From an uncultured virus (IMG/VR IMGVR_UViG_3300049442_000166) (lineage: Duplodnaviria; Heunggongvirae; Uroviricota; Caudoviricetes): a stretch of 64,000 bases of DNA. Positions 10,862-20,615 of this stretch are shown piece after piece; position 1 is the stretch's first letter; every line of letters begins with the position of its first letter. The translations under genes were made by a program, and so were the position numbers. The notes under the pieces were generated by a model. That model saw nothing but the letters and a program-made list of their open reading frames with translations. It searched no databases and was not told the DNA's origin. The DNA lies in IMG/VR virus record IMGVR_UViG_3300049442_000166, one strand, 5' to 3'.

Positions 10862-11815
10862 TCAGCGGGCGCGGCGAGCCATGAGCTTCCCCCAGGCCGA
10901 GATCGTGCCGCCGGAGAAGGTGCAGTTGACGCCGAGCGTCACGGTGGTCGCGCCTGCGATCGACACCCGCATCGGCGTCAGTGGCACGATCGCCTGCGGT
11001 ACGTTGTTGGCGGTCGGCTCGATCGCATTGCCACCCATCTGATCGATCGATGGCTGGCCTGCGCCGGCCGCGTTGATCCAGCACCTGAGGGTGACACCGT
11101 TGCCGTTGACCATGGTCAGGCCACCTGAGCCCCAGACGTCCCAGTCACCGGCAGTCAGGGGGAGGGTGGTGATGGTTGCGTCGACGTTGTTGGCCAAAGC
11201 CACCCCGGCAGTGCTGAGCCGCTGCACGCCCAGGTATTCGCCGATCTGGCCGGCTGCCGCGCTGTCGTTGGTGGTGGTGCCGGCGTGCGCGATGGCGGTG
11301 ACTTGCGCCACGGTTTGGTAGCCGCTCGGGTTGTTCGCCGCGTAGCGGCTGACATCGACCGGATGGACGTGGTCCCCCCTGGCCCAGGTCATGCCTGACC
11401 CTGGCGCGGCGGTGCCGTCCATCGCCGGGTTGGTCGTGGAGGCGGCCGGGATCTGCGTTGTAGCCGGCAGCGCCGGGCTCCAGGCCGCGTTCAGCCGGCC
11501 ATAGGTGGTACCGTCCGAAGGCGCTTCCGGAATGCCGGGAGCCGGCACCAGAGGCACCATGCCGCCCGGCACCAGAGCGTCCGCCTCGTCCTGCTCCAGG
11601 CCGAACTCCGAGACCAGCACCGATTTGCAGCGGGAATACAGGCTGTCCTGGTCTGTCGCGATGACCAGCTGGGTGCGCCATCGCGCAGCGAGGTTCGCGC
11701 CGTCGTAGTCGATGTCCCGGCCGATCGTCGCGCAGATATAACTGCCCATCACATAGACGGAGATGTCGGGCATCTCCTCCGGGTAGTCGTCGCGCTGTTC
11801 CGGTGCGTCGCTCAT
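10862..11815 (-). CDS. Hypothetical protein with tail-fibre-like motifs
   Basis: EAPSDGTTYGR and WARGDHVHP motifs; N-terminus resembles 29995-30420. Confidence 0.5.
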   Translation of the reverse strand: MSDAPEQRDDYPEEMPDISVYVMGSYICATIGRDIDYDGANLAARWRTQLVIATDQDSLYSRCKSVLVSEFGLEQDEADALVPGGMVPLVPAPGIPEAPSDGTTYGRLNAAWSPALPATTQIPAASTTNPAMDGTAAPGSGMTWARGDHVHPVDVSRYAANNPSGYQTVAQVTAIAHAGTTTNDSAAAGQIGEYLGVQRLSTAGVALANNVDATITTLPLTAGDWDVWGSGGLTMVNGNGVTLRCWINAAGAGQPSIDQMGGNAIEPTANNVPQAIVPLTPMRVSIAGATTVTLGVNCTFSGGTISAWGKLMARRAR

Positions 11816-12414
11816 CGCAGCTCCGTCACCGGCTTGTAGGGCCGGATGTCGATCGTCATGGCGATGCGGTCATCCTTCGAGCGGTTCTCCACGCTGTGCG
11901 GCGCTTGGTTGTCGAACCACCAGATCGTGCCGGGTTCCATGTAGATACGCTCGTCACCACATATAAACACGACATGGGGCTGGCTGTAGAGCGTCAGCTG
12001 GTAGCGCTCGTAGTAGACCGCCGGGATCTCCCGGTCGGGGTAGTCCCGCTCACTGGTAGGGTCGCGGTCGCTGTGGAGCGGGATCACCCCCTCGGGCGGA
12101 AGGCGGGAGGTAAACACCCGCCCGAGATGCACACCCTGCACCCGGGCCATGAGGCCGAAGATGATGGGCATGGCATGCGGCAATGCAGCGAAAGCTGGGT
12201 AGTTCACGCAGGCGATGTTGCTCACCACCGCCTCGCGTGGGTCGTCGTTCGTCGGATCGAACCGGTTGTAGCGCAGTAGGATATCGTCCGTGCTGCCGTG
12301 GTTGCCGTACTTCGAGCGGATCGGCACGGCATTCCACAGTCCCGGCTGCGTGGTGATCTGATGCAGCAGAGGCTCTACGTCTATTCCGGCAGCGATCCGC
12401 TCGAAGTAACGCAC
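11812..12414 (-). CDS. Aspartyl/asparaginyl beta-hydroxylase family 2OG-Fe(II) oxygenase
   Basis: IPLHSD (HxD)...WWFDNQAPHSVEN...DRI motifs. Confidence 0.85.
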   Translation of the reverse strand: MRYFERIAAGIDVEPLLHQITTQPGLWNAVPIRSKYGNHGSTDDILLRYNRFDPTNDDPREAVVSNIACVNYPAFAALPHAMPIIFGLMARVQGVHLGRVFTSRLPPEGVIPLHSDRDPTSERDYPDREIPAVYYERYQLTLYSQPHVVFICGDERIYMEPGTIWWFDNQAPHSVENRSKDDRIAMTIDIRPYKPVTELR

Positions 12415-13320
12415 TCAGACACCCTGGTTGCCATACATACCGCGCCAATCCGCCCAGTAGCCGGAGTAGCGCTCGTAGCAGGCTGCCTTGGCATTCTTCG
12501 TGTCGAAGTCGTTGTCCTGGTCGAACGAAATCCCGTCGCGCTCGAAGTAGGTGAGCCCGTTCGGGATGTTCGTGCGGATGAAGTACGCGGTCGCTGACGT
12601 GAAGTAGTGGTTGACCTTAATCCCCTTGGGGAAGGTGCCCACCGCCCGCAGCACGTTGATCGCGTTGTTCGCCGTGTCGTTCTGCAGCACAGAGTTGTAG
12701 ATGCGGTTCGCCTCGAACCACAGCTGCGGCGGCACATGCAGCGACAGCGGCAGCGCGGAGATCCGCATGCCGCGGTTGTTCTGGCACTGCATCACCTGGA
12801 TGACGAGATCCTCGATCGCCACCTCGGAGATATCCGCCGCGGTACCGAGGTTGGACTGCGGTCCCGACAGCGTCGGATGCGACGCTGACACCAGCGGCTG
12901 ACCGTCGGCGCCGAGCGAGGTGGCCGAGAAGCCGAGGTTGTAGATACCCGCCAGTACGTTCTCCTTGGTCTGCCGCATGGAGAACGCCAGCTGCGACGCA
13001 CGCCGCTTCGACACGACCTCGTAGAGGTCATCGCGCAGCTCTTCGTAGGTCACGATGTAGCCGAGGGCGTAGGCGACGTGGGTGAAGCGGCTGACCGGCC
13101 CCTGCACCTCGATGTCGTAGAAGATCTGCTGCCCCTGCGGCTTGACCGGCGCGAGACCGAAGCCGGTGATCTCCACCTCCTCTTCGTACGCCTTGTCCGA
13201 TGACTGCTTGTCGAACAGATCCAGGTATTCGACCGGGTGTTCGTTGTAGCTCCGGCCCCAGAAGGCTTTGACCCCAGGCCACAGCGCCTTGGGATGCGTG
13301 CCAGTGGTGATGACGGCCAT
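12415..13320 (-). CDS. Major capsid protein
   Basis: 301 aa; LWPG, YALGYIVTYE, DNDFDT..KA..YERYS.YW.DWRG motifs; strong GGAGAG RBS. Confidence 0.85.
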   Translation of the reverse strand: MAVITTGTHPKALWPGVKAFWGRSYNEHPVEYLDLFDKQSSDKAYEEEVEITGFGLAPVKPQGQQIFYDIEVQGPVSRFTHVAYALGYIVTYEELRDDLYEVVSKRRASQLAFSMRQTKENVLAGIYNLGFSATSLGADGQPLVSASHPTLSGPQSNLGTAADISEVAIEDLVIQVMQCQNNRGMRISALPLSLHVPPQLWFEANRIYNSVLQNDTANNAINVLRAVGTFPKGIKVNHYFTSATAYFIRTNIPNGLTYFERDGISFDQDNDFDTKNAKAACYERYSGYWADWRGMYGNQGV

Positions 13321-13332
13321 TGTCGCTCTCCC

Positions 13333-13941
13333 TCAGACGCCGGTAGCTGCAGTGAACGGATGGATGCCCATGTTGAGTTTCACCAACCAGCGGGCGTACT
13401 GACCGATTGCGTTGTCGGTCTCCTGCAGCATTTGGATGATGTGCAGCTGGAAGCCCGGCGTGGTGGCCAGCGAGCTTGTCTGCATTGTCCAGCCGGACTG
13501 TCCGGAAAAAGCGTTGCCAGTGCCGGCTAGGAGATTGGCGTTGCGGCCCGAAGCACCGGACACCATGAAGGCGCCCGCGGCGCCGTCCTCCTGCACGGCG
13601 TAGAGCAGGTCCGGGTCATCCGAGACCGCGACGTAGGCTGCCTGACCCGCCGCCAGGAATGGCGTCTGGGTCTGCTGCAGCGTGATCACCGCCTGTCCGG
13701 CGTTGTTGGTGATGCCCTGGAAAGCACCGAGGACAAGCTGCGTGGTGCCAGCCGTGGCGATCTGCACCGTCTGGATGCCGTTGCCATCGGAGCTGTTGGT
13801 GATGGTCATCACCGGGTCGCCGATGTACAGCGCGGTCGGGTTGGAGGCGGGGACATAGTAGGTGCGGATTGCACCGCTGTAGGGCGAGCCGCTCCGCATC
13901 GCATACGGACGCAGCCCGAATGGACCATTGATGTTTGGCAT
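13333..13941 (-). CDS. Capsid-associated (decoration/cement) protein
   Basis: Start re-called at MPNINGPFGLRP; lies immediately upstream of the MCP; VSDDPD motif. Confidence 0.6.
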   Translation of the reverse strand: MPNINGPFGLRPYAMRSGSPYSGAIRTYYVPASNPTALYIGDPVMTITNSSDGNGIQTVQIATAGTTQLVLGAFQGITNNAGQAVITLQQTQTPFLAAGQAAYVAVSDDPDLLYAVQEDGAAGAFMVSGASGRNANLLAGTGNAFSGQSGWTMQTSSLATTPGFQLHIIQMLQETDNAIGQYARWLVKLNMGIHPFTAATGV

Positions 13942-14117
13942 CGCATAGCCTCTGCCATGCCTGCTATGCGCTGCGGCTGACCGGCCAGGGCCAGCCCGCA
14001 GCACTTAGGCAAGCGGTTAAAGGGATGTCGTGCCGATCGCGCGTGCGATGCCTAGCCGCGTGACGGTTCTGTTCCGGCTCCGGGCATTGCTATCCCGTCG
14101 CCTCCGGAGGCCAGTGA

Positions 14118-14660
14118 TCAGCGGCGAGAATTTCCTGTCTCGATACTGATATTGCCTCGTGTCGACCCAGCGTAGCGCAGGCTGCCATCCGGGCCCCCCG
14201 GCCTCGAATGGTCGCCTTTGCCGATCTGGTTCATGAGGCTATGGACCGCCATTTCCTGGGCGGCCATATCCTCGCGGAACCATTCTTCCGGCGTCTCCAT
14301 CAAAAAAGCAACCAGAGGCTGTCCGCCGCGGCCGATGCCGACGACCATGGAGACCACCCGGCCGTCATCGTCATGCACCTGCTCATAGCCAGCGTTGCGG
14401 GCCTGCATGATCCGCCCCGGCGTGTCGTTGAACCAATGGCGGTGGAACCCCTCGCGCTCGGGATAGGACAGCTTCTGGTCGAAGTTGCCGAACGGCTTTC
14501 GAACGAACGGCTTGCGCTCGCGCCTGGGCAGCGTGTCGACGGACTGCTCGTCGTCTGCACTGCCGCTGAGTGCACGCTCGACCTCAGCCTGACGCCGGGC
14601 CTGTGCCGCCGCTGCGGCGTCGTTGAGCGGCTGGCGCTCTGATGCTGGTAGTCGTGCCAT
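14118..14660 (-). CDS. Head-module hypothetical protein
   Basis: GFHRHWFND..GRI..A..AGYE motif; GGAGG RBS; between scaffold and capsid genes. Confidence 0.6.
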   Translation of the reverse strand: MARLPASERQPLNDAAAAAQARRQAEVERALSGSADDEQSVDTLPRRERKPFVRKPFGNFDQKLSYPEREGFHRHWFNDTPGRIMQARNAGYEQVHDDDGRVVSMVVGIGRGGQPLVAFLMETPEEWFREDMAAQEMAVHSLMNQIGKGDHSRPGGPDGSLRYAGSTRGNISIETGNSRR

Positions 14661-15137
14661 CTATGTCCTCCTGTTGAGCCGCTGCTCGGACCACGTCGCC
14701 CAGCGCCAATTGTCCGGCCCGTAGTCGCCGTAGGGATCGACCCGGTCGAGGGTCAGCCCAGGCGGGCGCTCGCCGACATCAGTGTGGAAATTTTCGAATG
14801 AGTGCCAGCGCTCACAAACGCGCACACCGAGAGCGCCATAGTAGCGGTAGTGCGGCTGGTTCGAGTTGTAGCAGCGGCTCATCATGCCGCTCCACGCCCC
14901 ATAGAGCGCCGTACTGGACATGCCATGCGTCCGGTTTCGAGCGCCGGAGGCCTCGTTCCTGCCGCACCCGCAAGACCGCGTTTTGCCAGCACGCAGATCC
15001 ACGCCAGCGACAACCGTCTCGTTCCCACACTCACAAACACAGCGCCAGAACGCACGATTGTGCGTCCCCACATGCGAAAACCCGGTCACCCGAATACGAC
15101 CCGCTGAGAACCCCAGCATGTTGACTAACACACCCAT
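14661..15137 (-). CDS. HNH homing endonuclease
   Basis: WRCVCECG, TRSCGC, LTLDRVDPYGDYGPDNWRWAT. Confidence 0.85.
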   Translation of the reverse strand: MGVLVNMLGFSAGRIRVTGFSHVGTHNRAFWRCVCECGNETVVAGVDLRAGKTRSCGCGRNEASGARNRTHGMSSTALYGAWSGMMSRCYNSNQPHYRYYGALGVRVCERWHSFENFHTDVGERPPGLTLDRVDPYGDYGPDNWRWATWSEQRLNRRT

Positions 15138-15187
15138 ACAGTGTTAGTAGCATGTCGCTGGCCACTAGTAAAGAGTTGGCGATATCA

Positions 15188-16150
15188 CTAGGGTTCTCCT
15201 TCCCAATAGTAGCTAGCAAATTCTTCCCTTGTTAGGGGCTCCCCCTTCCCTTCTAACATCTTGCGCTGGCGATCGTATTGTCCCCGGACATCAGCCGGCA
15301 TCGCTTCGAAGCTACGCGGGCCAGGGCGCCGCGCAGGTGCCCCCTCCGCCGATCGCGAGACTGCCGCCACCTGACGGCGCACTGCTGGCTGGGCCACAGG
15401 CTCCTCCTCTTCGTACTCCTCCTCCTGGACCTGCGGCGGCTGGCGTGCCGTTCGCTCGCTCCCGTTGGCGCTGCCGTTGGTGCTGCGCGCTCGAGGAAAA
15501 TGCTCCGGGAAGCGCCGACGGATGTGGCTCTCCGCCTCGATCAGATGATCCTCGACGCTGCGGTTGGGGCTCATGCGCTCCGCCTGCTGCATCGCAGCAA
15601 TCATCGCCACGTTGGCCACCGGATCGGTGGTGAACCAGTTGTTGTTGCGCACCCACGCCTGGATCACCGGATCCGCATTGGCCTGTGGCTGGCCCTGGCC
15701 ACGGTCCTGAGGCTGTGGCGGCGCCTCCGGGGGTGGTGGGCCAAGCTCGCGCATGGCCTGCTCCACGGCCTGGAAAGCCGCCGTATCACCCATCTCGACA
15801 GCGCGGGTGCGTTGCTGCTGCAGCTCCTGCATCGCCCGGCGGTAGCCGACCTGCTCCGCCTTGCGGGTGCTCTGCAGCATTTGGTTTAGGGTATCGCCCT
15901 GCTGGCGAACCTGTTGCTGCAGATCAACGATCGTGCGATCGGCCGCCCGGTTGCGTTCCTGCAGCAGCGGCAGCAGGCGCTCGCCGCGGTCTATGAACTC
16001 CTCCGCGGGAAGCCACTTCTCTGGTTCGCCGCGGAACTCCTCACGCGGACGCCACCCCATCCGGTGCGCCCGCTCCTCGATCGCAGCCTGCCCCGGATCG
16101 TCGTGTTCCTGATCCAGAAGCTCGGCTGACTGTTCAGCCGTGTCTGACAT
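15188..16150 (-). CDS. Putative scaffolding protein
   Basis: MGWRPREEFRG..KW..AEEF, coiled coil, WVRNNNWF; position between portal and MCP. Confidence 0.65.
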   Translation of the reverse strand: MSDTAEQSAELLDQEHDDPGQAAIEERAHRMGWRPREEFRGEPEKWLPAEEFIDRGERLLPLLQERNRAADRTIVDLQQQVRQQGDTLNQMLQSTRKAEQVGYRRAMQELQQQRTRAVEMGDTAAFQAVEQAMRELGPPPPEAPPQPQDRGQGQPQANADPVIQAWVRNNNWFTTDPVANVAMIAAMQQAERMSPNRSVEDHLIEAESHIRRRFPEHFPRARSTNGSANGSERTARQPPQVQEEEYEEEEPVAQPAVRRQVAAVSRSAEGAPARRPGPRSFEAMPADVRGQYDRQRKMLEGKGEPLTREEFASYYWEGEP

Positions 16151-16261
16151 AGCTTGCCTCGCTCAACCAATCTGTTAACTTGACTGAGCAAGCGCTTAGG
16201 GTTTTGGGTTAGGGCGTGTCTTGAGTGGCCGGTGTTACCAGGGGTGGGACACCGGCCTCTT

Positions 16262-16660
16262 TCATTTCTTCCCGTCGTACAGAGCGCCGATCGATTTCTG
16301 ACTGACCAGTCGGTATTCGACGCTGTCCTCGCCCTGCACCACGCGGCCGGCGTAGCGCTCCACCACCACACGATCGCCCGGGGTTGGTTTGGCGGTGTGC
16401 CAGCGCCGGCTGCCGTCGTCGGTGAACGCGAAGGCCGCCGCGCCGAGGGCGATCACCACACCGGTCTCGGATGCCATGGTCTGTCGCGCGCGGGCTTCGT
16501 CGGGGATCACGATGCCACCCGAGGTGCGCTCGGCATGCTCGTCCATTCTGATCAGGATTTTATCGTCTAGTGGCGTAATGCCCGAGCGGTTGGTGCCATC
16601 CCATTCAGCTTGGACAAACTCACGTTGATCCCCCGTCCGAAGGACTTTTCCCTCAAGCAT
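16262..16660 (-). CDS. GroES/Cpn10-like co-chaperonin
   Basis: ITPLDDKILI...TSGGIVIPD...GVVIALG...GDRVV..RYAG. Confidence 0.85.
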   Translation of the reverse strand: MLEGKVLRTGDQREFVQAEWDGTNRSGITPLDDKILIRMDEHAERTSGGIVIPDEARARQTMASETGVVIALGAAAFAFTDDGSRRWHTAKPTPGDRVVVERYAGRVVQGEDSVEYRLVSQKSIGALYDGKK

Positions 16661-16830
16661 GTTGCGCTTCCCTGCGCTCTCGCCAGACCCGCGTTGTGGC
16701 CAAGCTAAGCGCCGGCCTCCTGTCGCGACTGTTGGCATATTGCTCGGCCATAGTGGCCCACCGCACGTTGCCCGGCTCGTAGTTCCCATCGTTGTCAGGA
16801 AACCGGTCAAGCGAGTGCCTAGATCCAACC
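16653..16830 (-). pseudogene. HNH endonuclease remnant
   Basis: HSLDRFPDNDGNYEPGNVRWAT core without the N-terminal part. Confidence 0.55.
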
Positions 16831-17080
16831 GGCATCAGCGGAACGCCATGCCGTTGTCGCACATGTCAGGATTATCCGGGAACGCCTGCAGGCAGGCCTT
16901 CTTCTTCTGACTGCGCTCCGAGATCTTCGCGGCGATATCATGGCCAGCCGCCTGCCCGATGGTCGCGCCGAGCCCGGCGCCAGCCTCACCAGCCAGAGCA
17001 TCGCCAGTAGCGCTGCCCAGCGCCCTACCGCCTGCGCCGAGGATCGCGCTTAATACACCGGACATCTCAGGCTCCTCTCA

Positions 17081-17422
17081 TCAGACGTGTTTCTCCGGTT
17101 CTGGTATCGCGTCGCCGAAGTACCATCGGAAGATGTCCGGCAGCTCCAGCGCTGCCAGCTCGCTGCACATCAGCGCTCGACCGCGGAACTCCTGCAGCAT
17201 CAGCTGCTCCATCTCGCCCGCCAGGAATGCGCGAAGGGCCTCACGCAGGAGGCTGTCCCGGTAATCCGCCAGCCATGCCAGCACCTGCACCGTTACCGGG
17301 TGGTGCCGCCATAGACTGAAGTCCCCCGGCGATAGATCCCGCAAGGCCGGGCGGCGCTGCTCCACCACCTCCTCCGCTGGAGCCACCACCTTCGCCAGCT
17401 GGTCCGGTGTCAGTGACAACAT
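17081..17422 (-). CDS. Hypothetical protein overlapping the portal 3' end
   Basis: 113 aa; F..WRHHPVT motif of small genes following portals. Confidence 0.45.
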   Translation of the reverse strand: MLSLTPDQLAKVVAPAEEVVEQRRPALRDLSPGDFSLWRHHPVTVQVLAWLADYRDSLLREALRAFLAGEMEQLMLQEFRGRALMCSELAALELPDIFRWYFGDAIPEPEKHV

Positions 17423-19817
17423 TGAGTAAATCGATCTGATGTCTGAGTGCGGTCAGCTGGTGCTCGTACCAGCCCTGGTCCACCTCGGCGTCGGCCTTGC
17501 GCGCGTTGGCGAGATTGAGGATGGCCTGCGACAGCTCCTTGATCTCCGAGGCTTTGTCCTTGCCGCGCTTGATCGCCAGCTCGACCTGCTCGTGCTGCTG
17601 GCGGATATCGAGTTCCTTGTTGCGCAGGCCTGCCATCTGGCCGGCGATGTCGACCTGCTCCTTCTGCAGCTGCAGGTTCGCCGCCGCCTGCACCAGCTCG
17701 GCATTGGGTGGCGCCTGGGCGGCGATCAGCTTGTCGACCTGCTGAATGGCTGCGGCCTGCAGCGCCCTCAGGCGGATCTCGCGCCCGTCGAAGAACGGGT
17801 CAGACGCGAACTGCAAGAGGAAATTAGCCTGCGCCATCTGCTGGGTGTCGGTGACCATGTCCGGATCGCTGACGGGTTCCGCGCCAGAACCCCGCAGATA
17901 GTCTGATCTCTGTATCTGAAAGTATTCTGATCCGATACGAAATCCTGCTTCGTCAGGAAGGTACAGCCGATTGAGCCTAAATAGCTTGTCGAAGTCCTGT
18001 CGTAAACTCCTGTGTATACGTTTGAATATGGCATTGAATACCTTCAGTCCCTGCTGGATAACCGCTAGGCCGAGGATGCCTGGGACGTTCGCACCGGGCA
18101 GCTGGCCCTGCAGAACTTCCCTGATGCTACCTACATCTTTGGCTGCTTCCACTAAGAACTGCAGCAGCTGGAACAGCACCGGGTTGGGGCCCGGCATCTC
18201 AAGCGGTACTAAGTTTTCCCGCAGCGTGCGGCCCTGCGTGGTGACCACCTTGTATTCGCCGGTCATGAACCGCACAGAACCGGCGTTGATCGACACGCCG
18301 CCACCGATGAAGCCACCGCCCGCGATCTGCAGGTGACCGGCGTCGAACATCTGGTTGATGGTGGTGTTGACCGCCGCGTTGAGCGGATACATCAGGCTGC
18401 CGAAGCCCAGGTCGTATGACCCGCCGTCGGGGTTCGGGATGAAGCCGTACTTGGTGAAGTAGTCGATCTGACGGATCTCAGAGACCTCGCCTTCTTCGGT
18501 GGCGTCGATGCAGTCCTGGTCGAAGCCCACCGTGATGCGGGCCAGTTTGCCGCTGTCCTTGGCGAACGTGACGATGACCGGTTCGTCGTAACCGTCGTCG
18601 TCGAGATCGTAGCGACGGTGCTGTTCGCAGAAGGTGACCGGCGCCTGCTCGTCCTCGGAGGTGTCGGCGTTGCGGCCATAGCCCTCGTCGCCGTAGTCGA
18701 GCCACAGGCCGGAGCGGATGTTGCTCTCGATCTCCCACGGGTAGAAGTCGATCAGCTCCGTCTTGCGCGGGGCGGCATCAAAGCTCTTGGCCTTGTAGTT
18801 CACGCACAGGCGCAGGGCCGAGACGATCTCGCTGACGTTCCGCCTTTGCTTCGGGTCGAAGTAGTTCTTCCTGAACATCGTGCCGGCGATCGCCACGGTG
18901 ATCAGCAGCCGATCGGTCTGCTCCTCCCACTCCGGCATCTCGGTGAGCAGCTGCCAGGACATATGCCGGCCGATGCGGTCAGCGCGGGTCTGTTTGGACC
19001 CTGGCGGCACGATCCACAGTGCCTTGCCACCGGGACCGATCGCCTGCCCGCCTGGGCCTTGTTGTGGACCCTGTCCGCCCTGGCCGGGTTGTGGTGGCAT
19101 TGGGGGTGCCCCTGGCGGTGCCCCTGGAGGGGGTCCGGCCATGCCGCCAGGGGCTGCGCCCCCAGGTGGCCCGAGTGAGGGTGGGCCGCCGGGTCCGGGT
19201 TGTCCGGGTGGTCCGCCCGGCATCATGCCGGGCTGCGGTGGGGGTGCCATCAGCGGCACGCCGCGGTCGTCGCCGACCACCTTGCCTTTGACGACGTTGC
19301 TGCCCTGCACGATCGCCGGATACGCCCTGGCGTTGAACTGCAGCGCGGCGACGGTGATCAGTGGGAAGCAGACGTTGGAGGCGTTCGGCCAGGGATAGGT
19401 CTTCGGCTCGACGACCTGCAGCGCGAAGGCCATCCACTCGCCGTACCTCTGTTTCCAATCCGCCCGCGTCTCCTCATCGAGTTCGTATTCCCGCTTCGCT
19501 TGGTCGGCGAGGCGTTGGCGCTCGCCGTCCTCGATCTCGTCGGCAATATTCTTGCGCACGATCCACCTAGCGAACCGTCGCACATGCTGAGGTTGCAACA
19601 GCGGCCGGCGGTCGGCTTGGTCGGTCTTGGGGTCGGCGAGGGACTGGTCGGGCGCTGGTGGGCGGAGCGGCAGGATGTCAGCGGATTTTAGCGGCGCCTC
19701 AGGCTCATCCGGCGGCGGCCCCTGCATAGTCTGGCCATCGTCAGGCGGCGGCGGTTGCTGCGCGTCCTGATCTGGCGGTAGTGGTCCCGTCGGAATGGCG
19801 CTGAGCGCGGCACTCAT
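17241..19817 (-). CDS. Portal protein
   Basis: KTYPWPNASNV..PLI..AA.QF.ARAY, GTMFRKNYFD; follows terL; C-terminal coiled coil. Confidence 0.85.
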   Translation of the reverse strand: MSAALSAIPTGPLPPDQDAQQPPPPDDGQTMQGPPPDEPEAPLKSADILPLRPPAPDQSLADPKTDQADRRPLLQPQHVRRFARWIVRKNIADEIEDGERQRLADQAKREYELDEETRADWKQRYGEWMAFALQVVEPKTYPWPNASNVCFPLITVAALQFNARAYPAIVQGSNVVKGKVVGDDRGVPLMAPPPQPGMMPGGPPGQPGPGGPPSLGPPGGAAPGGMAGPPPGAPPGAPPMPPQPGQGGQGPQQGPGGQAIGPGGKALWIVPPGSKQTRADRIGRHMSWQLLTEMPEWEEQTDRLLITVAIAGTMFRKNYFDPKQRRNVSEIVSALRLCVNYKAKSFDAAPRKTELIDFYPWEIESNIRSGLWLDYGDEGYGRNADTSEDEQAPVTFCEQHRRYDLDDDGYDEPVIVTFAKDSGKLARITVGFDQDCIDATEEGEVSEIRQIDYFTKYGFIPNPDGGSYDLGFGSLMYPLNAAVNTTINQMFDAGHLQIAGGGFIGGGVSINAGSVRFMTGEYKVVTTQGRTLRENLVPLEMPGPNPVLFQLLQFLVEAAKDVGSIREVLQGQLPGANVPGILGLAVIQQGLKVFNAIFKRIHRSLRQDFDKLFRLNRLYLPDEAGFRIGSEYFQIQRSDYLRGSGAEPVSDPDMVTDTQQMAQANFLLQFASDPFFDGREIRLRALQAAAIQQVDKLIAAQAPPNAELVQAAANLQLQKEQVDIAGQMAGLRNKELDIRQQHEQVELAIKRGKDKASEIKELSQAILNLANARKADAEVDQGWYEHQLTALRHQIDLLNVVTDTGPAGEGGGSSGGGGGAAPPGLAGSIAGGLQSMAAPPGNGAGAGMAGGLPGQPPA

Positions 19818-19850
19818 GGCTATATGTAGAGGCGCGCGAGCGGCCGAAAG

Positions 19851-20105
19851 TCAACCGGTGGTCGTTCCCCGTTCGGTCCAGCTCCCGCACCAATAATCGG
19901 CGCGCACCACCGGGAAGGTGGAGAAGGGGCGCAGTTCCATGGATGTTCCCAGCTTCGATGGCATGGGGATGAGGAAGGCGGTCGGGGGATTGCGTCGGCA
20001 GTTGAGGTCGCCCGCGGGATCTTTCCAGCTGTAGCGGCAGGTCGCGCAAGCTTGGTCCAGCATGCGAGCGACCACGTCGCGGGGAACGATTAAGGTGGAA
20101 GACAT
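19851..20105 (-). CDS. Small Cys-rich hypothetical protein
   Basis: CATCRY...CRRNPP...FPVV..DYWCG. Confidence 0.6.
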   Translation of the reverse strand: MSSTLIVPRDVVARMLDQACATCRYSWKDPAGDLNCRRNPPTAFLIPMPSKLGTSMELRPFSTFPVVRADYWCGSWTERGTTTG

Positions 20106-20158
20106 GGAGGGCAGTCTATACCGGAGGTAGCATCCGGCATCTACCTAGACCGCCCTCC
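20106..20158 (-). ncRNA. Structured element 1 (outer stem plus a-b-a'-b' core)
   Basis: ggagggcagtcta/tagaccgccctcc; taccgga/tccggca; ggtag/ctacc. Confidence 0.7.
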
Positions 20159-20615
20159 CGCTCTACGACGTCGGCACACTCGCCCGCATCGGCTACGCTC
20201 TGAAGGCTCGGCACTCTCTCGCTACCCGGCTCGCTCGGCTATCATGGCACGCTCGCGGTTGATCGGCTCGCTCACGGGCTTCGGCACTCTCTCGCTGATC
20301 GGCTCGCTCTCTCTATGCGGCACTCTCGCGGATAGCGGCTCGCTCCTGGGGCTCGGCACTCTCGCTCGTAGCGGCTCCGCTCCTGCTCTACGGCACTCTC
20401 CTGAACTTCGGCTCGCTCGCTGGGTTCGGCACTCTCGCAGGTTTCGGCTCGCTCAACGGGTTCGGCACACTCCGAGACCTAGGCTCGCTCCCGGCAATCG
20501 GCACTCTCTGACCATTCGGCTCAGCGGGGATGCGGCACCGACGTCAGCAATCGGTGGCTGACCCGCACCCCCACCCGCTCCAGTTCGAAGGCACTCTCCC
20601 GCAGCTCGGCTGCTC
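20159..20615 (-). repeat. TIGR-like dual-repeat guide array 1 (11 units, including embedded element 2 at 20522-20575)
   Basis: Plus strand alternates CGGCACTCTC and CGGCTCGCTC with variable 8-nt spacers, 36-nt period. Confidence 0.9.

Noticed and set aside
20522..20575. Structured elements as Rho-independent terminators or known ribozymes
   Set aside because: There are no U-tracts, and I see no conserved hammerhead, HDV or twister catalytic core. Only the pairing is conserved.
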